DNA of 64,000 nt, from sequence record PV806337.1; one strand, 5' to 3'. Below the pieces are notes generated by a model, which made no database searches, had not been told where the DNA came from, and saw nothing but the letters and a program-made list of their open reading frames with translations. This DNA comes from a phage. The position numbers and the translations under genes are program-made. The number at the start of each line of letters is the position of its first letter. Position 1 is the stretch's first letter. Below, piece by piece: positions 20,027 through 28,209 of this stretch.

Positions 20027-20057
20027 ACTTTCATAAATTAATGAGAGGAAGCGAAAT

Positions 20058-20228
20058 ATGAAATCAGTTGTAATTATTGGTGTTAACACTCGCGGTATTC
20101 GTACTACGAAAACTGTTAAAACTTCTAACGTTGCTGAAATAACTACGAACCCTAAAAAGTTTGATTTCGCCAAAGTCTCAGCAGTTATGACAGAACAATC
20201 TTTTAACCAAGCATTGGGGATGAAATAA
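20058..20228 (+). CDS. hypothetical small protein
   Basis: 56-codon frame read by eye (below track cut-off); GAGAGGAAG RBS after promoter 19998-20026. Confidence 0.45.
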   Translation: MKSVVIIGVNTRGIRTTKTVKTSNVAEITTNPKKFDFAKVSAVMTEQSFNQALGMK

Positions 20229-20662
20229 TGGGTGAAAATATTCTAATGACCCTTCGTGGACTACTTAGTCTAGCACGTACTCACGGTGATAAGGAACGGG
20301 CACTTAATCTTCAGACCATGATTGGTGATCTGCAACGTATTGATAAAGACATTGTTACTCGAACCGAGTTCGTAGCCTATCTGAAAGCTCAGATTAAGGC
20401 TCTAGAAAATGCAAAACAACGCGCTATTAAAGTTGGTATGGAAGTTCCTACTGATGTAGACTATGAGCAACTGCTTTATTCCATGCTGCAAGAGTATCAG
20501 CCAAGTCAACTGACTGAGGTTCAGATTCGTGAGTATTTTGCAGAACTGGTTAAATTAAACCCAGGTATTACCAAAGCTCTATTAATGAAAACTATTAAGG
20601 CAGAATTTCCCGGACGTTATGACGGTAAAACAACTGCTTTGATTGCTAGTGAATTTTTCTAA
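20228..20662 (+). CDS. hypothetical protein
   Basis: ORF track 144 aa. Confidence 0.55.
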   Translation: MGENILMTLRGLLSLARTHGDKERALNLQTMIGDLQRIDKDIVTRTEFVAYLKAQIKALENAKQRAIKVGMEVPTDVDYEQLLYSMLQEYQPSQLTEVQIREYFAELVKLNPGITKALLMKTIKAEFPGRYDGKTTALIASEFF

Positions 20663-20670
20663 AAATTCAT

Positions 20671-20699
20671 TTGCTAAATGCTTATAAATTCTGTATAAT
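20671..20699 (+). promoter_or_regulatory. T5-type promoter driving ORF-free/tRNA segment
   Basis: TTGCTA 20671-20676, 17 bp, TATAAT 20694-20699. Confidence 0.7.
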
Positions 20700-20922
20700 A
20701 TATTCATAAATTAGGGAACAGCGAGCCGATTACGCTGAGTGCAGAATCCCAACCGGAGCGCATTGAATAGAGTCGGTGGGTTAGTTGTAAAACTAGTACA
20801 CAGGGGGCGGCAATCCCGGTTAGTGGCTAGAACGTGTAAAATGAGGCGTCTGAAACCTCTCCCCTAAACTCTTCTCTGATTTATAAATAGTGGGGTGTGG
20901 AAATCACTTATGTAGTAACACT

Positions 20923-20994
20923 GCCGTCCTAGTATAATTGGTATTATCAAGCCGTAACTGGTGGAAGATGTAGGTTCGAATCCTACGGTCGGTA
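20923..20994 (+). tRNA. tRNA-like gene, anticodon unresolved
   Basis: Canonical T-arm GTAGG-TTCGAAT-CCTAC followed by acceptor 3' strand; 5' acceptor pairs with one mismatch; no clean anticodon stem found by eye. Confidence 0.35.
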
Positions 20995-21496
20995 AGAACT
21001 GGATAACTGATGCTTTTAACATAAAAGCTTCCGAGGTTAGTTGCGCACTGCCTAAACCACGCGGTAGTTGGTTCCAGACTAACCAACCAGTCTGCTGAAT
21101 AGTTTTATTACGATTTAACTATGTCCAGGCTAAAGAAGAACTTTAGAAGGTATTCTAGGATAGTGAAGTTCTTTCTCCATATCGGAGTAGTTTTTCAAGC
21201 TATCCACAAAGTGGGAAATGCTGACATGAGAGATGTCACTAATGGTGCACAATAGCACAGGTAATTCGCGATAACTCCTGTTGAGTAGCAGCAAAAGGTG
21301 GGAAGTCATGACCCCAAGCCTAACCGAGTCCTCAATATACCGCAGGACATAACCACTAAGTCACCCTGACTTAAACTGGAAAATAATAGACGTTACTGTA
21401 TTTTGTCTTGAAATACTTAATGAGTGAGACTTATGACTCTCCCGGTATCGTCTGTATTTTTAAGAGTTTTTACGAGAGTTCTTAAAAATACTTAAA

Positions 21497-21571
21497 CGGG
21501 GTGTAGTCTAAGGGAGAGGCAGGAGTCTTCTAAATTCCTTTATGCAGGTTCGAATCCTGTCACCTCGGCCA
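21497..21571 (+). tRNA. tRNA-Arg (anticodon TCT)
   Basis: Acceptor CGGGGTG/CACCTCG, D-stem GTCT/AGGC, anticodon loop CTTCTAA, T-loop TTCGAAT, encoded CCA. Confidence 0.7.
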
Positions 21572-21605
21572 ATTTTATTAACTGTAACTAAAACAAAGGA
21601 AATAT

Positions 21606-22553
21606 ATGTTTGCTACTAAAAATATGAAAGAACTGACTTCTGAGCAGAAAGTAATTCGTACTATTAAACGTTGGGGTATTGGTGCTGTAGTTGGTTTAGC
21701 AGGTTTAATCCTAGCTTTTAATTCATATACTATTGTTTCTGATGGTACGGTTAAAACCCAAACATTCCTGGGTAAAGTAGACCCTAATCCAGTATTGCCG
21801 GGCTTCCATCTTGTAAACCCGTTTGCATCTTTCGATACTTTTAGTACAAAAGATATTGCTGTAAAATTAGATAAACTTCAGGTTCCTAGCCAGGATAAGT
21901 TTAAATCCACTGTTGACCTGACTGTTATGTTGCAGTTTGATGGTTCTAAAGCACCGATTAACCGTATTAACGCAGGTACTCAGGATCAGGCACTAGACAA
22001 GTATGTAACTGAAAAATTACTGTCTACTATTCGTGAGTTTGGTAAGTCTGTACCTAAAGCACAAGATTTATTTGATGCTAAAATTCAGGCTCAATTGCAA
22101 ACTGCAATTCAACAGGAAGTTGAAGAGTATGCGCGCCCATATGGTTACACAGTTAAGCAGGTATTCCTTCAGGATATTACCTTGCCGCCAGTAATCATGG
22201 AACAGGTACAGAATACCAAAGTTCGTGAAGAGCAAGTTAATGCTGCGAAAGCTGAACTTGCTCGCGTTGAACAGGAAGCACAGCAAAAAGTTAAACAAGC
22301 AGAAGCAGATCGTGAAGCTCGTAACAACCAAGCTATTGCTAATGAACGTGACGCAGATGCTAAACTGTACGCAGCTAAGAAAGAAGCTGAAGCTAACGCC
22401 GCATTGCAACGTACCATTACTCCTGAAATGATTCGTTGGAAACAACTGGAAGTTGAAATGATCCGTGCTCAGAAGTATCAAGGTGGTGTACCTCAGACTG
22501 TGGTAGGTACTGGCTACGATGGTCAAATGATCATGGATATGCGTAACAAGTAA
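21606..22553 (+). CDS. SPFH/band-7 (prohibitin/HflK-like) membrane protein
   Basis: ORF track 315 aa; N-terminal TM segment, SPFH-like core, Ala/Glu/Gln-rich coiled-coil tail. Confidence 0.65.
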   Translation: MFATKNMKELTSEQKVIRTIKRWGIGAVVGLAGLILAFNSYTIVSDGTVKTQTFLGKVDPNPVLPGFHLVNPFASFDTFSTKDIAVKLDKLQVPSQDKFKSTVDLTVMLQFDGSKAPINRINAGTQDQALDKYVTEKLLSTIREFGKSVPKAQDLFDAKIQAQLQTAIQQEVEEYARPYGYTVKQVFLQDITLPPVIMEQVQNTKVREEQVNAAKAELARVEQEAQQKVKQAEADREARNNQAIANERDADAKLYAAKKEAEANAALQRTITPEMIRWKQLEVEMIRAQKYQGGVPQTVVGTGYDGQMIMDMRNK

Positions 22554-22577
22554 TAGTTACACGTAATCTTCGAACCA

Positions 22578-22617
22578 AGCCCGCGTTTCCTACGAGAGCG
22601 CGGGCTTTTCTGTATTT
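22578..22617 (+). terminator. rho-independent terminator after SPFH gene
   Basis: Hairpin AAGCCCGCG...CGCGGGCTT then T-run. Confidence 0.7.
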
Positions 22618-22624
22618 AAGGCAA

Positions 22625-22665
22625 AAGAAAAAGCCCCTTACCTTTCGGCAGGGGCTTTTGTTTTT
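22625..22665. terminator. bidirectional terminator
   Basis: Hairpin AGCCCCTTACC-TTTCGG-CAGGGGCTT with A-run 5' and T-run 3'; lies between convergent gene sets. Confidence 0.65.
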
Positions 22666-22872
22666 GGTTTAGAACCATACTCTCGGTGTACAGCAACCAC
22701 CCATACGGGAGGCCAATCTTGACTGAAAATCTACTCTAGGGGGCAGGATAAGAGTAGGCTTAAAGGCAAAGGGATTGAACGCCGGTATTTGCGTAAACAT
22801 TGCTGGAGAGCAACAACGTGCTACAGGCACTGGGCAGCACGAAACAGATTTTCTGCAACACATATTTCCTCC

Positions 22873-23289
22873 TTAGGAGTTACTACCCCCATTTTGAGCT
22901 TTTGCAACTTGGCTTTGGCAGAAGCTATTAAACTTACCCATAAGTGATACAAGCTGTTTCCCATCCTCTGTCTTTGCGAAGTCTTCGAAAAGGGCTAGTA
23001 CTGCCTGTCCTTCCGCAGAAACCTGCGGTTGTTGGGTTTGTTGCTGAACTTGCTGCTGAGGCACCTGTTGCTGCATTTGTTGAGGCATTTGCGACTGCCC
23101 GCTCATTTGCTGCATCATTTGCATAGGACTCACACTTCCAGGGTTTTGCTGGAGTTGTTGCTGCATCTGTTGCGCTTCTGCTAAACGCTGTTGCAACTGT
23201 TGTAAGTAGGGGTTATCCAGACCCGGAATGGGCTGCTGGGAGCCCATACTTTGATTAAGTCCGTTATTTACAAAACCATATTTACTCAT
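22873..23289 (-). CDS. Gln-rich low-complexity protein
   Basis: ORF track 138 aa; GGAGGAG RBS upstream on reverse strand; long Q/M/P repeats. Confidence 0.55.
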   Translation of the reverse strand: MSKYGFVNNGLNQSMGSQQPIPGLDNPYLQQLQQRLAEAQQMQQQLQQNPGSVSPMQMMQQMSGQSQMPQQMQQQVPQQQVQQQTQQPQVSAEGQAVLALFEDFAKTEDGKQLVSLMGKFNSFCQSQVAKAQNGGSNS

Positions 23290-23310
23290 AATGGGCTCCT
23301 CCCCTTAATA

Positions 23311-24300
23311 TTAAGCCGGCAGTTTAGCCTGCAGACCAGCCAGAGTCTGAGTGATAGCACCAAGACTTAAAGCGATTTGATTAATTACCTGACCGTTAGC
23401 ACCGCTACCCGCAGCGATTGCTTCACGTAGGCGACATGCGTCTAACTCATCCTGGATACGCGCAGTAGTTACACCAGCGATCGCAGTCTGAAGTTCACAG
23501 CAACATTCAGCGATCTGACGTTCCAGAGAGTTCTGGTTAGCACACATCTGAGCCTGAACAGCGGCAAACTGGTTATTAGTTTGTAAAGTCTGCTGGAAAG
23601 CGATCTGTGCAGAATCAAACTTATCTTGTGCACGAGCTATCTGGTTAGCTGCGAAAGATTGATCAATCTGGCGAGAAAGATCGAACTGACCCTGAATAAC
23701 GTTGCGAGTTTCCTGGCAGATCTGATTAGACAGATTAGCACCTGTACCGTAGATCGTAGTTAGTACAGACTGAGTATCACGGCTCTGGTTTTGGGTTGTC
23801 TGGCTAAAACCATTGTTAACTGCGCTTAAAACAGCTCCAGTACCCTGGTTAGCCTCTGTACGAGTAGTGTTGATAGCTGCTAGAATACTAGCGGTATCTT
23901 GGTTCTGAAGTACTGCATCAACTGCGGTACCTTCACCAACTACACCACGTCCACCGAATCCACCGAAACCACCGAATCCGCCGGTTAATAGAGCACCGAT
24001 TAGGATAGCTCCGAATAGTCCCATACCTTCACCACCGAAAGCACCTGCGTTTGCTGGGTAACCACCCAGTAGGCCAGGGAAGCCACTAGTGAATACGTTT
24101 ACTGGTTCTTGCATTTTATGTTTTCCATATTTATGACAATGTTCATCATCGTCATCTTCTTCTTCATCATCGTGTTCACGATGTTTTTCTTCGTAGGCTC
24201 TGACCTTCTCCCACTTTTTCTTATCTGATTCCTCGTGACGGTGCAGTTCTGCTGCAACGCTAGCGACGGTCTCAGGACTCTTAGCTACTTCTTCTGTCAT
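23311..24300 (-). CDS. acidic N-terminus / Gly-rich hydrophobic / Gln-Asn-Thr-rich protein
   Basis: Track ORF 23311-24360; ATG at 24300 has AGGAGG RBS; GGFGGFGGFGG segment. Confidence 0.55.
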   Translation of the reverse strand: MTEEVAKSPETVASVAAELHRHEESDKKKWEKVRAYEEKHREHDDEEEDDDDEHCHKYGKHKMQEPVNVFTSGFPGLLGGYPANAGAFGGEGMGLFGAILIGALLTGGFGGFGGFGGRGVVGEGTAVDAVLQNQDTASILAAINTTRTEANQGTGAVLSAVNNGFSQTTQNQSRDTQSVLTTIYGTGANLSNQICQETRNVIQGQFDLSRQIDQSFAANQIARAQDKFDSAQIAFQQTLQTNNQFAAVQAQMCANQNSLERQIAECCCELQTAIAGVTTARIQDELDACRLREAIAAGSGANGQVINQIALSLGAITQTLAGLQAKLPA

Positions 24301-24507
24301 ATTTTGACACCTCCTAGTATATAGAAAATGTGTGTCTCTTTGATCACTCATCCATAACATATACTTTACACTACCCCAGCGAAAATGTCAAGGGGTCTTT
24401 AAAAATTGCCCCCGGATTTTTAGTGGGGTCACAAATTTTGGTCCTCCCCACTTATCTGCTACCCTTAAGTGCCCTATGATTTTCCTCTAAAAAGTTAAAA
24501 AATTTGA

Positions 24508-24536
24508 TTGCTTGAATGCTAAATTCTCTGTATAAT
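24508..24536 (+). promoter_or_regulatory. T5-type promoter
   Basis: TTGCTT 24508-24513, 17 bp, TATAAT 24531-24536. Confidence 0.7.
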
Positions 24537-24566
24537 ATATCTATAAATTTGAGAGAGGAACCAAAT

Positions 24567-25085
24567 ATGAATGTTGATGAGCTAACACAGCACCTCTTAT
24601 CCAGAGGATTTGATACAGATAAATATCATTGCTGGTTAAGTCCGGAAGGATGGCTAACAGTCCCGTTGTATGACTTCTCCGGGATGTTGCGAGGCTATCA
24701 GACGTATAATCCTTCTGCTCCAAAAGGTCATGGTAAGTGTCCCTTTGAAGCTAAATATTTTACTTATTCTACTACCCAGTGTGTATGGGGACTAGAAACT
24801 CTCAATGGAGATGAAAAAGTAGTATTGATCGCTGAATCTGTATTTAAGGCAGTTGCGCTACATAACGCTGGTTATCCAGCCCTGGCAATGTTAGGTTCTT
24901 CTCCAGGAAAAGCGTTATTAAAGCAACTGAAATTATTACCTTTTAAATTGGTAGCTGTCGGAGACAACGATCCTGCGGGTGAAAAATTTGCTAGAAAATT
25001 AAACGGCTTTGTTTCTCCCGTAGATGTGGATGAGATGTCTACCGAAAACTTGAAAAATTTTCTTGCTATGAAGCTAAATTTCTAA
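24567..25085 (+). CDS. Toprim-domain protein (primase-like)
   Basis: In-frame ATG 24567 after promoter 24508-24536; LIAESVF..VAVGDNDPAGEKFA resembles DnaG Toprim. Confidence 0.55.
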   Translation: MNVDELTQHLLSRGFDTDKYHCWLSPEGWLTVPLYDFSGMLRGYQTYNPSAPKGHGKCPFEAKYFTYSTTQCVWGLETLNGDEKVVLIAESVFKAVALHNAGYPALAMLGSSPGKALLKQLKLLPFKLVAVGDNDPAGEKFARKLNGFVSPVDVDEMSTENLKNFLAMKLNF

Positions 25086-25091
25086 TATAAT
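25063..25091 (+). promoter_or_regulatory. T5-type promoter embedded in 3' end of Toprim-like gene, driving tRNA cluster
   Basis: TTGCTA 25063-25068, 17 bp, TATAAT 25086-25091; tRNA-Ser starts at 25107. Confidence 0.65.
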
Positions 25092-25106
25092 ATATCTTAT
25101 AAATTC

Positions 25107-25195
25107 GGAAGAATAGCATAACGGTATTGCAGCAGATTGCTAATCTGTCGGTTTGAAATATAGCCTTGTGGGTTCGATTCCCACTTCTTCCGCCA
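25107..25195 (+). tRNA. tRNA-Ser (anticodon GCT)
   Basis: Acceptor GGAAGAA/TTCTTCC, anticodon loop TTGCTAA, long variable arm, T-loop TTCGATT, CCA. Confidence 0.75.
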
Positions 25196-25201
25196 AATTC
25201 T

Positions 25202-25279
25202 GGTTCTCAAGCTCATATGGTATGAGCACCCGGCTCATAACCGGAAGGTACGTAGGTTCGAATCCTCGGGGAGCCACCA
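25202..25279 (+). tRNA. tRNA with CAT anticodon (Met/fMet/Ile2 type)
   Basis: Acceptor GGTTCTC/GGGAGCC, D-stem GCTC/GAGC, anticodon loop CTCATAA, T-loop TTCGAAT with weak T-stem, CCA. Confidence 0.5.
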
Positions 25280-25299
25280 ACTTAATTAGGGGATTACAA

Positions 25300-25488
25300 G
25301 TGGAATTATACATAGTTTATGTTGTATTTATTCAAGATAGAGAATACCCGGATGAATATAAAAAAGGATATAGGTTAGCCAGAGCTACCTCTGAGGCCCA
25401 AGCTATGGATAAAGTGGCAGATTATATGATTATGGTAGAAAACGTATACTATATCGACTCCCTTGAAGCCTCAAAAGTAATTGACTAA
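25300..25488 (+). CDS. hypothetical small protein
   Basis: GTG 25300 downstream of tRNAs; 5' part of track ORF 25153-25488 overlaps two tRNAs and is rejected. Confidence 0.35.
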   Translation: MELYIVYVVFIQDREYPDEYKKGYRLARATSEAQAMDKVADYMIMVENVYYIDSLEASKVID

Positions 25489-25497
25489 GGAGACTAT

Positions 25498-25683
25498 ATG
25501 TCCAAGTTTCAAGAACTCAAGCAAGAGCTAGAAGAATGTGCCTGCCCTGAGTGTAGGGGAATTGGTGAAAGTTCTGATGCAGAAGCAGGAGATACTTTTT
25601 GCAATATCTGGATTTGTTCAAATTGCAACGGTACAGGTATTAATCCTAACTGCGGTGTTTCCCTAGATATTGAACGAGGATAA
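25498..25683 (+). CDS. Cys-rich putative zinc-binding small protein
   Basis: ORF track 61 aa; CxC..CPEC..CSNCNG pattern. Confidence 0.5.
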   Translation: MSKFQELKQELEECACPECRGIGESSDAEAGDTFCNIWICSNCNGTGINPNCGVSLDIERG

Positions 25684-25784
25684 TACCTGTGAAACTAAAA
25701 GATTATTATATTGGTTGGTTTGTGGGACTAGTAGTAGGATTTTCACTAGGCTATAATATGTATCAACTAATAAACTGATTACAT

Positions 25785-25861
25785 GGGGGTGTAATCGAAT
25801 TGGCATAGGTACTGGACTTAAAATTCAGGTTTTGTGGGTTCGAATCCCACCACCCCTACCA
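25785..25861 (+). tRNA. tRNA with TAA anticodon (Leu by anticodon) but short variable arm
   Basis: Acceptor GGGGGTG/CACCCCT, anticodon stem CTGGA/TTCAG, loop CTTAAAA, T-arm GTGGG-TTCGAAT-CCCAC, A73, CCA; variable region only 5 nt. Confidence 0.55.
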
Positions 25862-25876
25862 ACTTAAGGAAATAAG

Positions 25877-26044
25877 ATGTATAGACATCCACCTCCGCCA
25901 ACACGTCGTTCTAGGGAAGTCATCCTTATGGAATTGACTAAAAACTTCAAGGCAACTCTTGAAGATAGAGATTTAGGCACGGATGAAGACATTGATTTTA
26001 TTTGTAGACTATTAAAGATGAAACTGGAGAAACAACATGGCTAA
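25877..26044 (+). CDS. hypothetical small protein
   Basis: 55-codon frame read by eye; AAGGAAA RBS. Confidence 0.4.
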   Translation: MYRHPPPPTRRSREVILMELTKNFKATLEDRDLGTDEDIDFICRLLKMKLEKQHG

Positions 26045-26243
26045 TCCTGAAATTACCGCACAACGTTTCATGCTTAAAGGCATGATTGCTGAAGCAGGTA
26101 TGACTCAAGAGGTTGCAGACTTTCATAAGCAATTTCTTGATATTATAACTCTAGCTAAAGAGACTGGAGAAAGAGAACACGGTGCAGCAATTATGGCTAT
26201 ATCTCTTATTAGCCTAGACTTAGCTGAAGAATCTGGAATTTAG
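26037..26243 (+). CDS. hypothetical protein
   Basis: ORF track 68 aa. Confidence 0.5.
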   Translation: MANPEITAQRFMLKGMIAEAGMTQEVADFHKQFLDIITLAKETGEREHGAAIMAISLISLDLAEESGI

Positions 26244-26273
26244 CTCCTCCAAACAGAATTTTTAAAAATGTAC

Positions 26274-26303
26274 TTGCCTTTTGCTTTAAATTTCTGATAT
26301 AAT
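26274..26303 (+). promoter_or_regulatory. T5-type promoter
   Basis: TTGCCT 26274-26279, 18 bp, TATAAT 26298-26303. Confidence 0.6.
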
Positions 26304-26333
26304 AGTTATATAAATTGATGAAGGAGTTAACTA

Positions 26334-26609
26334 ATGCAAAATCGTGTTGTAGCAACTGGTATTGAAAGTGCAATCTGTAAATCCTGGGAAGGCTGGGAAG
26401 GTGAGATTGAATGGCTTTATTTCTATGATGTAGAACTTCTACCGGAAGTTAAAGCTAAATGTGTTGAAGCTGGCATGGCTCCAGATGCAAAAGCTGATAT
26501 TGATATTTCAATGTCTGAACTTAAAGGTCGTGTAATTACTGTTAGTGATGAGGGCGAAGAAGTCTTCGAACTTCCATTCTCCTTAACTGTCACTCCTAAG
26601 TTCGACTAA
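26334..26609 (+). CDS. hypothetical protein
   Basis: ORF track 91 aa after promoter 26274-26303. Confidence 0.55.
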   Translation: MQNRVVATGIESAICKSWEGWEGEIEWLYFYDVELLPEVKAKCVEAGMAPDAKADIDISMSELKGRVITVSDEGEEVFELPFSLTVTPKFD

Positions 26610-26645
26610 CTAATACAGCATTGGGTAAGTTCTTTAAAATTTGAC

Positions 26646-26674
26646 TTGCTCAGTGCCTTAAAACTTGGTATAAT
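26646..26674 (+). promoter_or_regulatory. T5-type promoter driving tRNA-Tyr/Glu/Trp/Phe group
   Basis: TTGCTC 26646-26651, 17 bp, TATAAT 26669-26674. Confidence 0.65.
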
Positions 26675-26737
26675 AGTTATCTAATTTGGAAACATATTTA
26701 AAAGTGTTTAAACTAGTATTTGAATACTTTTAAATAT

Positions 26738-26828
26738 GTTGGATTAGTATCGTAGAGGTAGCGAAGCAGACTGTAAATCTGCCGACTCGGAAGGGTCTCG
26801 GGTGGTTCGACTCCATCATCCAACACCA
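26738..26828 (+). tRNA. tRNA-Tyr (anticodon GTA)
   Basis: Acceptor GTTGGAT/ATCCAAC, anticodon stem GCAGA/TCTGC, loop CTGTAAA, long variable arm, T-loop TTCGACT, CCA. Confidence 0.8.
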
Positions 26829-26835
26829 AATTTAA

Positions 26836-26912
26836 GTCCTGTTAGACAAACTGGTAAAGTCACTACCCTTTCAAGGTAGGATTTGCGGGTTCGATCCCCG
26901 CACAGGACGCCA
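26836..26912 (+). tRNA. tRNA-Glu (anticodon TTC)
   Basis: Acceptor GTCCTGT/ACAGGAC, anticodon stem CTACC/GGTAG, loop CTTTCAA, T-arm GCGGG-TTCGATC-CCCGC, CCA. Confidence 0.8.
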
Positions 26913-26920
26913 TTTTCTGC

Positions 26921-26997
26921 ATTCCTAGAGTGTTACTGGACAGCATGTCGGTCTCCAAAACCGTACGGTCTAGGTTCGAGTCCTAGTAGGTTTGCCA
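26921..26997 (+). tRNA. tRNA-Trp (anticodon CCA)
   Basis: Anticodon loop CTCCAAA, T-arm CTAGG-TTCGAGT-CCTAG, CCA; acceptor stem has two U-U mismatches. Confidence 0.55.
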
Positions 26998-27003
26998 AAA
27001 TTT

Positions 27004-27078
27004 GCACCTTTAGCTGAGATGGATTAGCGCTTGCCTGAAGAGCTTGAGAGGTTGGATCGTTACCAACGGGGTGCTCCA
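27004..27078 (+). tRNA. tRNA-Phe-like (anticodon GAA), atypical
   Basis: Acceptor GCACCTT/GGGGTGC, anticodon loop CTGAAGA, non-canonical T-loop ATCGTTA, CCA; anticodon stem has two U-U mismatches. Confidence 0.45.
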
Positions 27079-27095
27079 AATTGAAGGAGCTGCTG

Positions 27096-27368
27096 ATGCA
27101 TCCTGAAAACTTCTTTATTTACTGCGCTGATAAGTCGCTGAAACGTAGAATTAACAAAGTCTATCATTATAGTGCTAGTCAACAGCCTTATGTATACGCT
27201 TTTGACGGTGATCACATTCCACTAGAACAATTATCTTGTGATTACATGATATTGAAGAACTTTGATGAGACGAAGATCTCGAGCGTTCACAATCGACAGA
27301 ATCCATTAACGTGGAAATATAAGAAGAAAAAGAAAGGCATCAAATTCTTAAAAAATGTAGTTGCTTAG
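27096..27368 (+). CDS. hypothetical protein
   Basis: ATG 27096 with GAAGGAG RBS, inside track ORF 27081-27368. Confidence 0.5.
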   Translation: MHPENFFIYCADKSLKRRINKVYHYSASQQPYVYAFDGDHIPLEQLSCDYMILKNFDETKISSVHNRQNPLTWKYKKKKKGIKFLKNVVA

Positions 27369-27389
27369 TTTCCAAAAGTTCTGTATAAT
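27361..27389 (+). promoter_or_regulatory. T5-type promoter driving tRNA-Cys
   Basis: TTGCTT 27361-27366, 17 bp, TATAAT 27384-27389. Confidence 0.7.
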
Positions 27390-27437
27390 AATTACATAAA
27401 TTGAACTGGAGAAGCAACATGACAGAACAAGATAAAC

Positions 27438-27513
27438 CGACCGTTGGCTGAATGGCTTAGGCGAAGGATTGCAAATCCTTTTTATGTGAGTTCAAATCTC
27501 ATGCGGTCGTCCA
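27438..27513 (+). tRNA. tRNA-Cys (anticodon GCA)
   Basis: Acceptor CGACCGT/GCGGTCG, anticodon stem AAGGA/TCCTT, loop TTGCAAA, T-loop TTCAAAT, CCA. Confidence 0.8.
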
Positions 27514-27534
27514 AATTACTAAAGGAAAGAAGTA

Positions 27535-28053
27535 GTGCATACAAAAGTTTTTGATAGTTTGGTAAAGAAAGGCGTTGTTACTAACGAGCCCTTCTATATA
27601 ACCGCAGAACTAATCCAGAGATTTATGGAAGAATATATAAATCTTTCAGGAACCAATGGTAATACCAAAAAGAATACAAATACTATGTATTCGAGAAAAC
27701 TTGCTGCACTTTCCTTTATAAAGTTTAAGCAGGAAAATAAACTTCCTATTTCTGAAGGTTTTGTATACTGTATTAGTAATCCTGCATGGAAAAATCAGTA
27801 TAAAATAGGTATGAGTCAAAATCCAAAAGAGAGATTAGCTCAATATCAGACTTATTCCCCTTATAGGGATTATAAGTTAGAGCATTGGTCTTTTTGGTTT
27901 GACAAACGAAAAGGTGAAAAACTAATTCACCAGTATTTCAAAGATTTAAAAGAACATGAGTGGTTTAGTATAAATTCTAGGGATCTTAGTAAATATCTAG
28001 AACGTATTAACTCTAGTTCTGACTTATATGGTTCCTTAGCTCTAATTGGTTAG
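27535..28053 (+). CDS. T5orf172 (GIY-YIG-like) domain protein
   Basis: ORF track 172 aa; FVYCISNP..YKIGMS..RL motif. Confidence 0.6.
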   Translation: MHTKVFDSLVKKGVVTNEPFYITAELIQRFMEEYINLSGTNGNTKKNTNTMYSRKLAALSFIKFKQENKLPISEGFVYCISNPAWKNQYKIGMSQNPKERLAQYQTYSPYRDYKLEHWSFWFDKRKGEKLIHQYFKDLKEHEWFSINSRDLSKYLERINSSSDLYGSLALIG

Positions 28054-28107
28054 AGCGGCATCTTGTTAAGTTGAGGGTTGCTGGTTCGAATCCTGCAGGA
28101 ACCGCCA
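28030..28107 (+). tRNA. tRNA-Asn (anticodon GTT)
   Basis: Acceptor GGTTCCT/AGGAACC perfect, D-arm GCTC-TAATTGGTTA-GAGC, anticodon loop TTGTTAA, T-loop TTCGAAT, CCA. Confidence 0.7.
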
Positions 28108-28209
28108 AATTCTGTGTAGAGTTAAGTAAACCGGTAGCCAACCAGCTATCATTGCTGACATCGAATTCAGCCATAGATACCATTTTCGTTAATAACTGAG
28201 GAAACAAGC

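Noticed and set aside
22669-22863. Cys-rich 64-aa reverse ORF as a gene
   Set aside because: No convincing RBS, unusual composition, and it lies in the GC-richer intergenic stretch next to the bidirectional terminator. Not excluded, but not supported.
25153-25299. N-terminal two-thirds of track ORF 25153-25488
   Set aside because: It overlaps tRNA-Ser and the CAT-anticodon tRNA on the same strand; the translation is an artefact of reading through tRNA genes. Only the 3' part from GTG 25300 is kept, at low confidence.
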